NCBI GenBank assembly: GCA_964359715.1
Contig: CAYHUS010000001.1
Span: 1-36,073 of the forward strand
Reading direction: 5' to 3'
DNA length: 36,073 nt
Origin: an uncultured Candidatus Saccharibacteria bacterium
Lineage (GTDB): Bacteria > Patescibacteriota > Minisyncoccia > Phycocordibacterales > Phycocordibacteraceae
The position numbers and the translations under genes were made by a program. Below are positions 24,166 to 32,999 of the stretch, piece after piece; position 1 is the stretch's first letter; every line of letters begins with the position of its first letter. The notes beneath the pieces are model-generated. The model was not told where the DNA came from, ran no database searches, and saw nothing but the letters and a program-made list of their open reading frames with translations.

Positions 24166-25851
24166 ATGGGACTTTTTACTCGCCGGTCAAAATATACAGC
24201 GCTCGAACCTGACGAGATATTTATTGATTCTGAAAATCTCCCATCGTTTGACCGCGCTCACTTGGAAGGAAAGATTGAGCGCCCGCTCTCTCCGCACATG
24301 TACAAGCGGGTACTTGTTGCCGTAGCACTTGTTGTTTTTGTGCTTAGTGTGCAGGCGGGGTATCTCATGGTTGTGCGGGGCGATGAGTTTGCTGCACGAG
24401 CTGAGAACAACCACCTTGCTCAGGATCTTATTGTGGCAGAGCGAGGGCGAATTGTTGATCGGTATGGAGTAGCGCTAGCTGAAAACCGTTCAGGCACAAC
24501 CACCGACGCTCGCCTTGTTGAGCGCGAGTATCCCCTCAAAGAGTCTGCGGCACACCTTGTTGGGTACGTAAGCTACCCTAAACGTGATCAAAATGGGTTT
24601 TGGTATCAAGATACCACGCACGGTGTTGTTGGTGCAGAGTACCTTTTCGATGAAATTTTAAGTGGAGAGAATGGGATAGAAATAGTGGAGCGCAAAGCAA
24701 CTGGCGATACAGTGTCTGGTTCGATAGTAAAAAGCCCGCAGTCTGGCGTTGACGTCGAGCTCTCAATTGATGCTGAGTTGCAGGTTGCAATGCACGACGC
24801 CATCGCTGAGCGCGTGGATGCTGCATTTAAAGGTGGCGCCGGTGCTGTCATGGATGTGTATACCGGAGAACTTCTCGCGCTGGTTAGTTATCCATCGTTT
24901 AATCCCGAGGTAATGTCTTCTGGAAAACCAGAATCTGAGGTTCGGGGTTTTGTAAACGATCCGCGCGCCCCGTTTCTTGATCGAGCGGTGGTTGGTCTTT
25001 ATGCACCAGGCTCTATCATCAAACCGTTTATTGCCGCTGCTGCACTTGAAGAAAAAGTGGTGACGCCGCAAACTACATTTGTCTCGACAGGGCGTCTTGT
25101 GCTCCCAAACCCTTTTGACCCAGAAAATCCAAGCATTTTTAGAGACTGGCGCGCACATGGCGCCGTTGATATGCGCCGCGCGATAGCTGTGTCGAGCGAC
25201 GTGTACTTCTATATAGTAGGAGGCGGATTTGAGTCACAGCGCGGCTTAGGGATATCAGCAATCAATGCGTATGCGCAAAAATTTGGATTTGGCATGCACA
25301 CTGGCTTTCCTGAGGAAGATGAGCCAACGGGCACTGTCCCATCTCCTGAGTGGAAAGCAGAAATCTTTGACGACCCACTGTGGCGAGTGGGAGACACGTA
25401 CACCACATCTATTGGACAGTACGGGTGGCAGGTGACTCTCCTCCAATCACTTCGTGCCACTGCTGCGCTTGCAAACGGCGGGATGTTGGTGACACCAAGC
25501 ATTCTCAAGGGAGTGCAGGGAGCGCAGCAGAGCGTTCCAATTGAGAGTGAGCATCTCACTGTTGCGCGTGAGGGGATGCGCATGGCGGTAACCGAGGGCA
25601 CCGCGCAAGCGCTCTCTTTTCCTGAGGTGCGCGTCGCTGCAAAAACTGGTACTGCCGAGGTAGGTTTAAAAAAGGAAGAATCTAACTCTCTCGTTATCGG
25701 TTTTTTCCCGTACGATGCGCCACGGTACGCATTTGCAATCATCTTAGAACGGGCAAAGGCTGGAACTACGGTTGGCGCTCCTGCAGCTATGCAGGGCGTC
25801 ATGCGTTGGATTATCTCGTCTCGACCCGAATACACCACAACATCTAATTGA
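24166..25851 (+). CDS. mrdA: penicillin-binding protein 2 (elongation transpeptidase)
   Basis: N-terminal TM and the transpeptidase motifs SIIK (SxxK), SSD (SxN/D) and KTGTAE. Confidence 0.88.
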   Translation: MGLFTRRSKYTALEPDEIFIDSENLPSFDRAHLEGKIERPLSPHMYKRVLVAVALVVFVLSVQAGYLMVVRGDEFAARAENNHLAQDLIVAERGRIVDRYGVALAENRSGTTTDARLVEREYPLKESAAHLVGYVSYPKRDQNGFWYQDTTHGVVGAEYLFDEILSGENGIEIVERKATGDTVSGSIVKSPQSGVDVELSIDAELQVAMHDAIAERVDAAFKGGAGAVMDVYTGELLALVSYPSFNPEVMSSGKPESEVRGFVNDPRAPFLDRAVVGLYAPGSIIKPFIAAAALEEKVVTPQTTFVSTGRLVLPNPFDPENPSIFRDWRAHGAVDMRRAIAVSSDVYFYIVGGGFESQRGLGISAINAYAQKFGFGMHTGFPEEDEPTGTVPSPEWKAEIFDDPLWRVGDTYTTSIGQYGWQVTLLQSLRATAALANGGMLVTPSILKGVQGAQQSVPIESEHLTVAREGMRMAVTEGTAQALSFPEVRVAAKTGTAEVGLKKEESNSLVIGFFPYDAPRYAFAIILERAKAGTTVGAPAAMQGVMRWIISSRPEYTTTSN

Positions 25852-25875
25852 CGCCTTGCACCCATGCGATACAAT
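25848..25875 (+). promoter_or_regulatory. promoter TTGACG-N16-TACAAT, 6 nt upstream of ATG 25882
   Basis: TTGACGccttgcacccatgcgaTACAATggcgcgATG. The -10 lies inside the longer ORF that starts at 25864. Confidence 0.6.
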
Positions 25876-25881
25876 GGCGCG

Positions 25882-26376
25882 ATGGTATCTAAAAAGAGTT
25901 CGTCCAAAGGCCAGCCTACGGAGAATGTTTTGACCCAAGAGAAATTTGATGAATTGAAAGCAGAGCTTGGCGAGCTAATCACCGTTTCAAGAAAAGAGAT
26001 TGCCGACTCGCTTGAGTACGCTCGCTCACTCGGAGATTTATCTGAAAATGCCGAATACCACGCAGCGAGAGAGCTTCAAGCTGCAACAGAGGAGCGAATT
26101 AAGCGTCTTGAAGGAATACTCAAATCGGCAGTTATTATTTCAGAAAAAAAGAAGGGCGTGGTCGGCTTTGGCTCAAAGGTGACCATAAAGAAAAAGGGTG
26201 CATCAGAGTCGCATGCGTACACTATTGTGGGGAGCGAGGAGGCAGACATGCGAGAGAAAAAAATCTCCCACCTCTCGCCAATGGGACAGGCACTTATGAA
26301 TAAGAAAAAAGGCGAATCATTTGTTTTTACCACTCCAGGGGGAAGGCAAGAATATACCATTGTAGATATTGAGTAG
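25882..26376 (+). CDS. greA: transcription elongation factor GreA
   Basis: LTQEKFDELKAELGELI..., the LGDLSENAEYHAARE coiled-coil finger, and the C-terminal globular domain. The start is moved from 25864 to 25882 on the promoter geometry. Confidence 0.88.
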   Translation: MVSKKSSSKGQPTENVLTQEKFDELKAELGELITVSRKEIADSLEYARSLGDLSENAEYHAARELQAATEERIKRLEGILKSAVIISEKKKGVVGFGSKVTIKKKGASESHAYTIVGSEEADMREKKISHLSPMGQALMNKKKGESFVFTTPGGRQEYTIVDIE

Positions 26377-26377
26377 T

Positions 26378-26701
26378 ATGCCAAGTTATCACACGGTGTA
26401 TGAGGACGCCGGAGTGGTAATCGGCCGCGAGTATGAGAGAAGGCGCAAGGTCCGCGAGGCGATTTCAAGGATTCCTATTTTAGGAAGGCGAATCATACTT
26501 GAGTACATTGAAGGATCGAGTGGGGGAGGTGGAGACACGACCCGTAGTTCAATAGTAAGACACGTAGAAGGATGCGGAGAAGTGGTGCTTAGTGCACAGG
26601 GGAAACCAACGTCACTCAAAATTCAAGGTGTACGACCGCACTGTGTCCCCCTGTCGCATGTAAAGTTCCTTGGGATTGCCAAGGTTTCAGGTGATGCGTA
26701 G
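26378..26701 (+). CDS. hypothetical protein (107 aa)
   Basis: ORF immediately after the greA stop, with its ATG at 26378. No family I recognise. Confidence 0.4.
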   Translation: MPSYHTVYEDAGVVIGREYERRRKVREAISRIPILGRRIILEYIEGSSGGGGDTTRSSIVRHVEGCGEVVLSAQGKPTSLKIQGVRPHCVPLSHVKFLGIAKVSGDA

Positions 26702-26704
26702 CTC

Positions 26705-26713
26705 TGCTATATT
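26705..26713 (+). promoter_or_regulatory. extended -10 TGcTATATT, 6 nt upstream of the lysS ATG
   Basis: ctcTGcTATATTagaggaATG. Confidence 0.45.
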
Positions 26714-26719
26714 AGAGGA

Positions 26720-28177
26720 ATGTCCGGATTAGATGATATACGTGCCGAGAGGCTTAAAAAGCTGTCTGCGTTACAAGACGCTGGTGTTGACCCCTATCCT
26801 GCTGAATCTGGAAGAACACATGAAATAGACTCTGTTCTTGAGCAATTTTCAGACCTTGAGAGCTCAAAGGAACAAATAACGATTGCGGGCAGAGTTATGT
26901 CCGTTCGCGGGCAGGGAGGCATTATGTTTGTTGATCTCTATGATGGGACTGCCAAAATGCAGGCGCTTATAAAAAAGGATGACGTGCACGATTTTGATCT
27001 TTTTTTACAAACGGTTGATGCAAGTGATTTTGTTGCAGTGACCGGTACGGCGCTCACAAGCAAACGAGGTGAGAAGTCTGTGGCAGCAGCAAAGTGGCAG
27101 ATGCTCGCTAAAAGCCTTAGACCAGTACCGAGCGAGTGGTATGGCATTAAAGATGAGGATGAGCGACTTCGCCAACGGTACCTTGATATGCTGTTAAGCA
27201 CTGACACTGCCGCTCTGGTAAAGAAGCGATCGCTGTTTTGGAACGCAGTAAGAGCCTTTATGCTTGAGCGCGACTACATTGAAGTAGAAACACCAATTTT
27301 GGAGACAAAGACAGGAGGCGCGGAAGCTCGGCCATTTATCACCCACCACAATGCGCTTGATGTCGATGTGTATCTAAGAATTTCACACGAACTGTGGCAC
27401 AAGAAGCTTATTATCGCAGGATTCCCTAAAGTATTTGAGATTGGAAGAGTGTTTAGAAATGAGGGCATGTCTCACGAGCACGCCCAAGACTACACACACT
27501 TTGAATTTTATGAGGCATTCCAAGATGCGCGAAAGGGAGTGCCCATGCTTATAGACTTATATCGTACGGTTGCCCAAAAGGCATTTGGCACGCTCGAGTT
27601 CACCATTAATGGGTTTGTTGTTGACCTAGGGAAGGAGTGGGAGCGGTATGACTATAACGATATGATGATGAAGCAATATGGGTTTGACCCGCGAGAGGTA
27701 GATATTGCTACTGTTCGGGCAAAGCTTGATACAGAGGGCATAGCATACGAAAAGAATGCAGACCTTGGCCGCTTGGTCGACCTTTTGTGGAAGAAAGTAC
27801 GAAAGTCCATCGGCGGACCAGCAATTTTAACCGGTATACCCGTGTACCTTGAACCACTTGCAAAAAAATCTAAAGGTGACGGTCGCGTGGTTGACCGTTT
27901 TCAGATTCTTCTTGGGGGAAGTGAGGTCGGCAAGGCCTTTAACGAACTTAATGACCCGATAGATCAACTCGCTCGATTTGAAACCCAGCAGGCGCTTCGA
28001 GATGCGGGCGACGAGGAGGCTCAGATGGCAGATTACGAGTATGTCGAGGCTATGGAGTACGGCATGCCGCCAACCTTTGGGTTTGGAGTTTCCGAACGCC
28101 TGTTCGCCTTCCTAGCTGGAGTGTCTATCCGCGAAGGGCAGTTGTTCCCCCTCATGCGCCCAAGGACAGAAATGTAG
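26720..28177 (+). CDS. lysS: lysine--tRNA ligase (class II)
   Basis: N-terminal OB anticodon-binding domain (ITIAGRVMSVRGQGGIMFVDLYD) and the class II core (FEIGRVFRNEG, ...GFGVSERLFAFL). Confidence 0.92.
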   Translation: MSGLDDIRAERLKKLSALQDAGVDPYPAESGRTHEIDSVLEQFSDLESSKEQITIAGRVMSVRGQGGIMFVDLYDGTAKMQALIKKDDVHDFDLFLQTVDASDFVAVTGTALTSKRGEKSVAAAKWQMLAKSLRPVPSEWYGIKDEDERLRQRYLDMLLSTDTAALVKKRSLFWNAVRAFMLERDYIEVETPILETKTGGAEARPFITHHNALDVDVYLRISHELWHKKLIIAGFPKVFEIGRVFRNEGMSHEHAQDYTHFEFYEAFQDARKGVPMLIDLYRTVAQKAFGTLEFTINGFVVDLGKEWERYDYNDMMMKQYGFDPREVDIATVRAKLDTEGIAYEKNADLGRLVDLLWKKVRKSIGGPAILTGIPVYLEPLAKKSKGDGRVVDRFQILLGGSEVGKAFNELNDPIDQLARFETQQALRDAGDEEAQMADYEYVEAMEYGMPPTFGFGVSERLFAFLAGVSIREGQLFPLMRPRTEM

Positions 28178-28193
28178 CCGAGCAAACCAAACG

Positions 28194-28215
28194 CCCCTCC
28201 CGAGGGGGTTTTTTT
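28194..28215 (+). terminator. rho-independent terminator after lysS
   Basis: CCCCT-cccg-AGGGG hairpin followed by TTTTTTT. Confidence 0.7.
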
Positions 28216-28220
28216 GTAAC

Positions 28221-28265
28221 TGTGGATAGCAGTGGCATGAAGTGGGGCTAAGTGGGGTATAGTGT
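28221..28265 (+). promoter_or_regulatory. putative MraZ operator: five (A/T)GTG(G/T) boxes with exact 10-bp phasing, overlapping a TATAGT -10
   Basis: TGTGGATAGC AGTGGCATGA AGTGGGGCTA AGTGGGGTAT AGTGTCATAT, then ATG at 28271. TATAGT is at 28258-28263. Confidence 0.65.
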
Positions 28266-28270
28266 CATAT

Positions 28271-28705
28271 ATGCTGATTGGCGAGTATGCCCACACTCTG
28301 GACGACAAAAAGCGACTGGCGCTCCCAGCTAAATTTAGAAAATCTTTAAGCAAAGGTGTTGTGGTAACACGCGGCCTTGATCGCTGTTTATTCATGTTCT
28401 CTCATGATTCGTGGAAGAAAATTGCAGAAAAAATGGGAGCGCTTTCAATTGGTGCTTCTGACACACGCGGATTTAATCGTTTTATCTTGGCGGGTGCCTA
28501 TGAGGCAGAGGTAGACAGCGCTGGCAGAATACTTATTCCTGACTACCTTAAAGAATTCGCAGGATTAAAAACTAAAGTGGTTGTTGCAGGACTAGGAGAC
28601 AGAATTGAAATTTGGGACTCAAAGCGTTGGGATGCGTACAAAGAGCGCATTGAAGCATCGGGAGATCAAATGGCAGAAAAGCTAGGTGAAATAGGAGTCA
28701 TATAG
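28271..28705 (+). CDS. mraZ: transcriptional regulator MraZ
   Basis: Two SpoVT/AbrB-like repeats carrying DxxxR motifs: DDKKRLALPAKFR and DSAGRILIPDYL. The start is taken as ATG 28271 (MLIGEYAH). Confidence 0.9.
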   Translation: MLIGEYAHTLDDKKRLALPAKFRKSLSKGVVVTRGLDRCLFMFSHDSWKKIAEKMGALSIGASDTRGFNRFILAGAYEAEVDSAGRILIPDYLKEFAGLKTKVVVAGLGDRIEIWDSKRWDAYKERIEASGDQMAEKLGEIGVI

Positions 28706-28708
28706 GTT

Positions 28709-29605
28709 ATGGAGGAACATATAACAGTACTTTCAGACGAATCGATACAGGGTCTTAACCTTGCTCCTCGCAAAGTTGTTATTGATGCAACAGTAGGGCA
28801 AGGTGGACACGCACTTCATATCGCACAAAAAATAGGAACACAAGGCACACTCGTTGTTGTTGATGCGGATGAGACATCTCTTGCGCACGCCAAGGATGTA
28901 CTCAATGGTGCGGATGCACATCTTATATATGTACACGGTAACTTTCGCGACCTCAAAGAGCACATGCAGAGAATTGGCGTCACATCCGCCGATGCTATCT
29001 TATTTGACCTTGGGTGGCACCAAGGGCAGCTCATGTCTGGCCGAGGATTTTCATTTAAAGAGGATGCACCGCTTTTGATGACGCTCTCCGCAAAGCCAGA
29101 AGGATATGTCCTTACAGCAAAAGACATTATTGCAGATTGGGATGAAGAAGAGCTTGTCAAACTTTTTAAAGAGTATGGCGGCGAGCGCTTTTCTGGAAGA
29201 ATTGCACGAACCATTGTAGAAGCGCGCAGGCACACCTCTATTGATACTGCCAAAGAGCTCGCTGCCGTTGTGACAAGTGCTGTTCCACACAGATTTCGCA
29301 AGGGACCGATCCACCCAGCGACGCGTGTGTTTCAAGCGCTTCGGATTGCAGTCAATGACGAGCTTGAATCATTGAAGGAGGGGCTCATGGCAGCACTATC
29401 GCTCTTAGCGCCGAACGGGAGGGTGGCGGTCATTACGTTTCATTCACTTGAGGACAAAATTGTAAAAAACCTTTTTAGAGATGCTGAGAAAAAGGGTGAT
29501 GGAGTTCGCATTACAAAAAAACCGCTCGCACCAACCCGTGCAGAGATTCAGGCCAATCCGCGTGCGCGCTCCGCAAAATTAAGAATATTTGAAAAACATG
29601 CGTAG
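28709..29605 (+). CDS. rsmH: 16S rRNA (cytosine1402-N4)-methyltransferase RsmH
   Basis: HITVLSDESI, DATVGQGGHA, DLGWHQGQL, RGFSFKEDAPL. Confidence 0.92.
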   Translation: MEEHITVLSDESIQGLNLAPRKVVIDATVGQGGHALHIAQKIGTQGTLVVVDADETSLAHAKDVLNGADAHLIYVHGNFRDLKEHMQRIGVTSADAILFDLGWHQGQLMSGRGFSFKEDAPLLMTLSAKPEGYVLTAKDIIADWDEEELVKLFKEYGGERFSGRIARTIVEARRHTSIDTAKELAAVVTSAVPHRFRKGPIHPATRVFQALRIAVNDELESLKEGLMAALSLLAPNGRVAVITFHSLEDKIVKNLFRDAEKKGDGVRITKKPLAPTRAEIQANPRARSAKLRIFEKHA

Positions 29606-29969
29606 AACAAAAATTTCATTTGCGCAGACCCAACTTCCGTTTGCTGGAAACCGCACGCGCTCTCTTGTGGTGCCGCTATTGCTTGAACGTCGAGCGATTA
29701 TGTCGCTATCTCTTGCACTCGTTGCAGCTATTGCTGTGTATGGGGTGTGCATCGCACTTTCAATTAACGAAGTTGCCGCTCGACAGACAACGCTCAAAGA
29801 GTCCCGCGTCGTCGCTACAGAGGTTGCTGAGCTTGAGGGTGCCTACTTAGCTTTGCAGCGTGGTATTACTGAAGAGTACGCACGCGGCATGGGCTTTGTG
29901 GCGGGGGCAGATCGCACATTTGTCTCAGTCTCATCAGCTCAGCTTACGTACGGTTCTGATGCGCGCTAG
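29598..29969 (+). CDS. ftsL: FtsL-like small bitopic cell-division protein
   Basis: Single TM (LSLALVAAIAVYGVCIAL) followed by a short helical region. It lies between rsmH and ftsI, and the call rests on position and architecture only. Confidence 0.5.
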   Translation: MRRTKISFAQTQLPFAGNRTRSLVVPLLLERRAIMSLSLALVAAIAVYGVCIALSINEVAARQTTLKESRVVATEVAELEGAYLALQRGITEEYARGMGFVAGADRTFVSVSSAQLTYGSDAR

Positions 29970-31692
29970 ATACATTACACGAATACGAATACTTGCACTC
30001 GGATTTACCGCCATAGCGGTTATTATTATTGTCCGCCTATATCTTGTACAAATAGTCCATGGCGATGAGTACCGCGATAAGGCAGACAGCCAGCACATTG
30101 CTCCATCTCAGTACCAGCTCACACGTGGCACAATATTTTTTACTGCAAAGGATGGTGCCCCCGTATCCGCGGCCACGTTAAAAAGTGGGTACACTATCGC
30201 GCTTATCCCACCAAAGGTTGTTGACCCAGATACAACATTTAATGCGCTCTCAGCGTTTCTGCCAAATATAACCCGAGAAGAGTATGACGCTCATCTTGTT
30301 GATAGACAGGACCCGTACGAAGAGCTTGTGAGGCGGGTAGATGAAAGAGTGGGTGAATCTGTTCGTGATGCTGATATTGATGGTGTCTCAGTGTATCGTG
30401 AGCGATGGCGCTACTACCCAGGGAAGAGCCTTGCAGCGCATGAGGTGGGCTTTCTCGGGTTTGGACAGAGCGACACCGAGACAGGGCAGTACGGGCTTGA
30501 GCGTCAGTATGAGCAAAACTTAAAAAAAGCTGAAGGTGACGGCGCGCAGGGATTTTTGAATGATCTTTTTACTAACGTTGGTGTGCGCCTCTTTGCCTCA
30601 AACTCAGGGCCGGGGGCTGATCTTTGGACTGCCATTGAACCTACGGTACAGGCGCATCTTGAGGAAGAGCTATTAAAGTATGCTGCAGAGTGGAACCCGA
30701 CAATAGCAGCAGGTATCATTATGGACCCACAAACAGGCGAGATACGAGCCATGGCGTCTGTCCCTACCTTTGATCCAAACGATATTAAAAAAGCAAATCG
30801 CGGCTATTTTTTGAACCCACTCGTAGAGAGTGTGTATGAGTTCGGCTCAACTATGAAGCCTATTACCATGGCATCTGCACTAGATGCTGGTGCGATAACA
30901 CCTTCGACTACATACAATGACACCGGTACGCTTACAATTGATAAAAAAACAATTTACAACTTTGACAGAAGGGCACGTGGCGTAGTGCCCATGCAGGAGG
31001 TGCTCTCACAATCACTAAACATAGGTATAGCGTGGATAGTAGAGAAAATGGGGACACAAACTACACGCGAGTACTTTACAAAATTTGGAATTACTGAGGA
31101 GACGGGTATAGACTTACCAGCCGAGGCATCTCCACTGGTAAAAAACCTTGAAAGTCCACGAACAGTAGAATACATAACCGCAGGCTATGGGCAGGGTATC
31201 GCCATAACACCAATTGCGATGGTTCGCGCGCTTGCCACTCTTGCCAACAAGGGAGAAGTGCCGCAGCCACACGTAGGGCTCAGGCTCGAGTACCCAGGGG
31301 GAATAGAAAAAAAGATTGGCTGGGCCCCACCGCGACACGCCATATCCGAGGAGTCTGCTGAAAAAGTTACTCGGATGCTCGTGACCGTGGTTGACTCTGC
31401 GCTCTTAAAGGGGAAGGCAAAAATACCAGAAATGAGTGTGGCAGCAAAAACAGGAACCGCACAGATTGCCGACCCTGTTAACGGCGGGTACTATGCAGAT
31501 AGGTACCTACACTCATTTTTTGGGTACTTCCCAGCATATGACCCTAAGTTCATTATTTTCTTTTTTGCGGTTGAGCCGAAAGGAGCCCAGTATGCATCAG
31601 AGACGTGGACGGTGCCGTTTATTGATACTACAAAATTTTTGATCACCTACTATGCCATCCCACCTGACCGAGCAGAGATAAAGGCGCCATGA
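29959..31692 (+). CDS. ftsI: peptidoglycan D,D-transpeptidase FtsI (PBP3-like)
   Basis: Start at ATG 29959 (MRARYITRIRILALGF, TM). Transpeptidase motifs STMK, SQSLN (SxN) and KTGTAQ. Confidence 0.88.
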   Translation: MRARYITRIRILALGFTAIAVIIIVRLYLVQIVHGDEYRDKADSQHIAPSQYQLTRGTIFFTAKDGAPVSAATLKSGYTIALIPPKVVDPDTTFNALSAFLPNITREEYDAHLVDRQDPYEELVRRVDERVGESVRDADIDGVSVYRERWRYYPGKSLAAHEVGFLGFGQSDTETGQYGLERQYEQNLKKAEGDGAQGFLNDLFTNVGVRLFASNSGPGADLWTAIEPTVQAHLEEELLKYAAEWNPTIAAGIIMDPQTGEIRAMASVPTFDPNDIKKANRGYFLNPLVESVYEFGSTMKPITMASALDAGAITPSTTYNDTGTLTIDKKTIYNFDRRARGVVPMQEVLSQSLNIGIAWIVEKMGTQTTREYFTKFGITEETGIDLPAEASPLVKNLESPRTVEYITAGYGQGIAITPIAMVRALATLANKGEVPQPHVGLRLEYPGGIEKKIGWAPPRHAISEESAEKVTRMLVTVVDSALLKGKAKIPEMSVAAKTGTAQIADPVNGGYYADRYLHSFFGYFPAYDPKFIIFFFAVEPKGAQYASETWTVPFIDTTKFLITYYAIPPDRAEIKAP

Positions 31693-32999
31693 AAGAATTC
31701 ATTCGACGCTGTGTTGTATACGTGCTTACGCTTGAGTCAAGAGTGGTGATTAAAAAATACAAACCCCGCATCGTGGTTGTCACCGGATCAGTAGGAAAGA
31801 CCTCAAGCAAGGATGCGGCATTTACTGCACTCTCTGCACAGTACTTTGTACGAAGAAGTGAGAAAAGCTTTAACTCTGATATTGGTGCTCCGCTTACCGT
31901 TCTTGGAATACCCAATGGCTGGTCCAACCCAGTGCGCTGGTTTAGAAATATTATTGATGGAATTTTCCTCATCATTATGCGTGCGCCGTACCCCGCTTGG
32001 CTTATCGTTGAGGTCGGCGCTGATCGTCCCGGAGATATCTCAAAGTCTCTCTCGTGGCTTAGGCCCGAGGTAGTCGTGGCAACACGATTTCCCGCGACTC
32101 CCGTTCATGTTGAATTTTATGATTCACCTGAGGATGTACAGCGTGAGGAGTTAGCGCCACTCTCGTGGCTTAGGCCAGGGGGGATTGCAGTTATAAATGT
32201 TGATGATGATGTGCTTCAAAATGCCACTGTGCCAGATGGTGTTGAGATTGTAACATTCGGCATTCATGAGAACGCTGATGTGCGAGCGCTTCGTATTAAA
32301 ATTACTGCGACCAAGGGGTTTGCTACCGGCATCAGTTTTGATGTGTCATATAGAGGTGAGAAGGTGCACATTGCGCTCCGCTCGGTTGTAGGGCTCCAGC
32401 ATGTGTACGCGGCGCTTGCAGGTATAGCGGCCGCAGTTGCGGTAGGAGTGCCACTTGAAAAAATGAAGGACGCATTTGAAAATCACTCGAGCGCTAAAAG
32501 CCGCATGCGTCTTATAGATGGTGTGCGGGGCTCACTTATTGTTGATGATACCTATAATTCTTCACCAGTAGCCGCTGAGCAGGCGCTTTTTACACTTAGT
32601 GAAATGCCTACGCCGACCTTGAGCACGGGACAGCCCGCGCGCAAAATTGCTGTCATGGGTGACATGCTTGAGCTTGGCTCGTACTCTGTGACTGAGCATG
32701 AGCGGGTAGGTCGCATAGCGCGAGACGTGGTTGATATATTGGTTACAGTCGGCGTACGTTCGCGTGGCATTGCTGAGGCAGCGCGAAAGGCGGGATTGCC
32801 TGAGAGTCAGATACTTATGTTTGATCGAGGCCTTGACGCGGAAGAACATCTCGCAACTATTATTGAGCGCGGAGACACTGTTCTTGTAAAGGGCTCCCAA
32901 GGAGTAAGGCTAGAAAAGGTAGTAAAAAAATTAATGGCACATCCCGAGGATGCGCCAAAGCTTTTGTGTCGCCAAGACACTGAGTGGTTGATGCGGTAG
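31689..32999 (+). CDS. murF: UDP-N-acetylmuramoyl-tripeptide--D-alanyl-D-alanine ligase (MurF-type Mur ligase)
   Basis: P-loop VTGSVGKTSSKD, FNSDIGAPLTVLG, EVGADRPGDI, DDTYNSSP (MurF-type DxxYNxxP) and VLVKGSQG. The P-loop is unusually close to the N-terminus (about residue 32). Confidence 0.8.
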   Translation: MKEFIRRCVVYVLTLESRVVIKKYKPRIVVVTGSVGKTSSKDAAFTALSAQYFVRRSEKSFNSDIGAPLTVLGIPNGWSNPVRWFRNIIDGIFLIIMRAPYPAWLIVEVGADRPGDISKSLSWLRPEVVVATRFPATPVHVEFYDSPEDVQREELAPLSWLRPGGIAVINVDDDVLQNATVPDGVEIVTFGIHENADVRALRIKITATKGFATGISFDVSYRGEKVHIALRSVVGLQHVYAALAGIAAAVAVGVPLEKMKDAFENHSSAKSRMRLIDGVRGSLIVDDTYNSSPVAAEQALFTLSEMPTPTLSTGQPARKIAVMGDMLELGSYSVTEHERVGRIARDVVDILVTVGVRSRGIAEAARKAGLPESQILMFDRGLDAEEHLATIIERGDTVLVKGSQGVRLEKVVKKLMAHPEDAPKLLCRQDTEWLMR

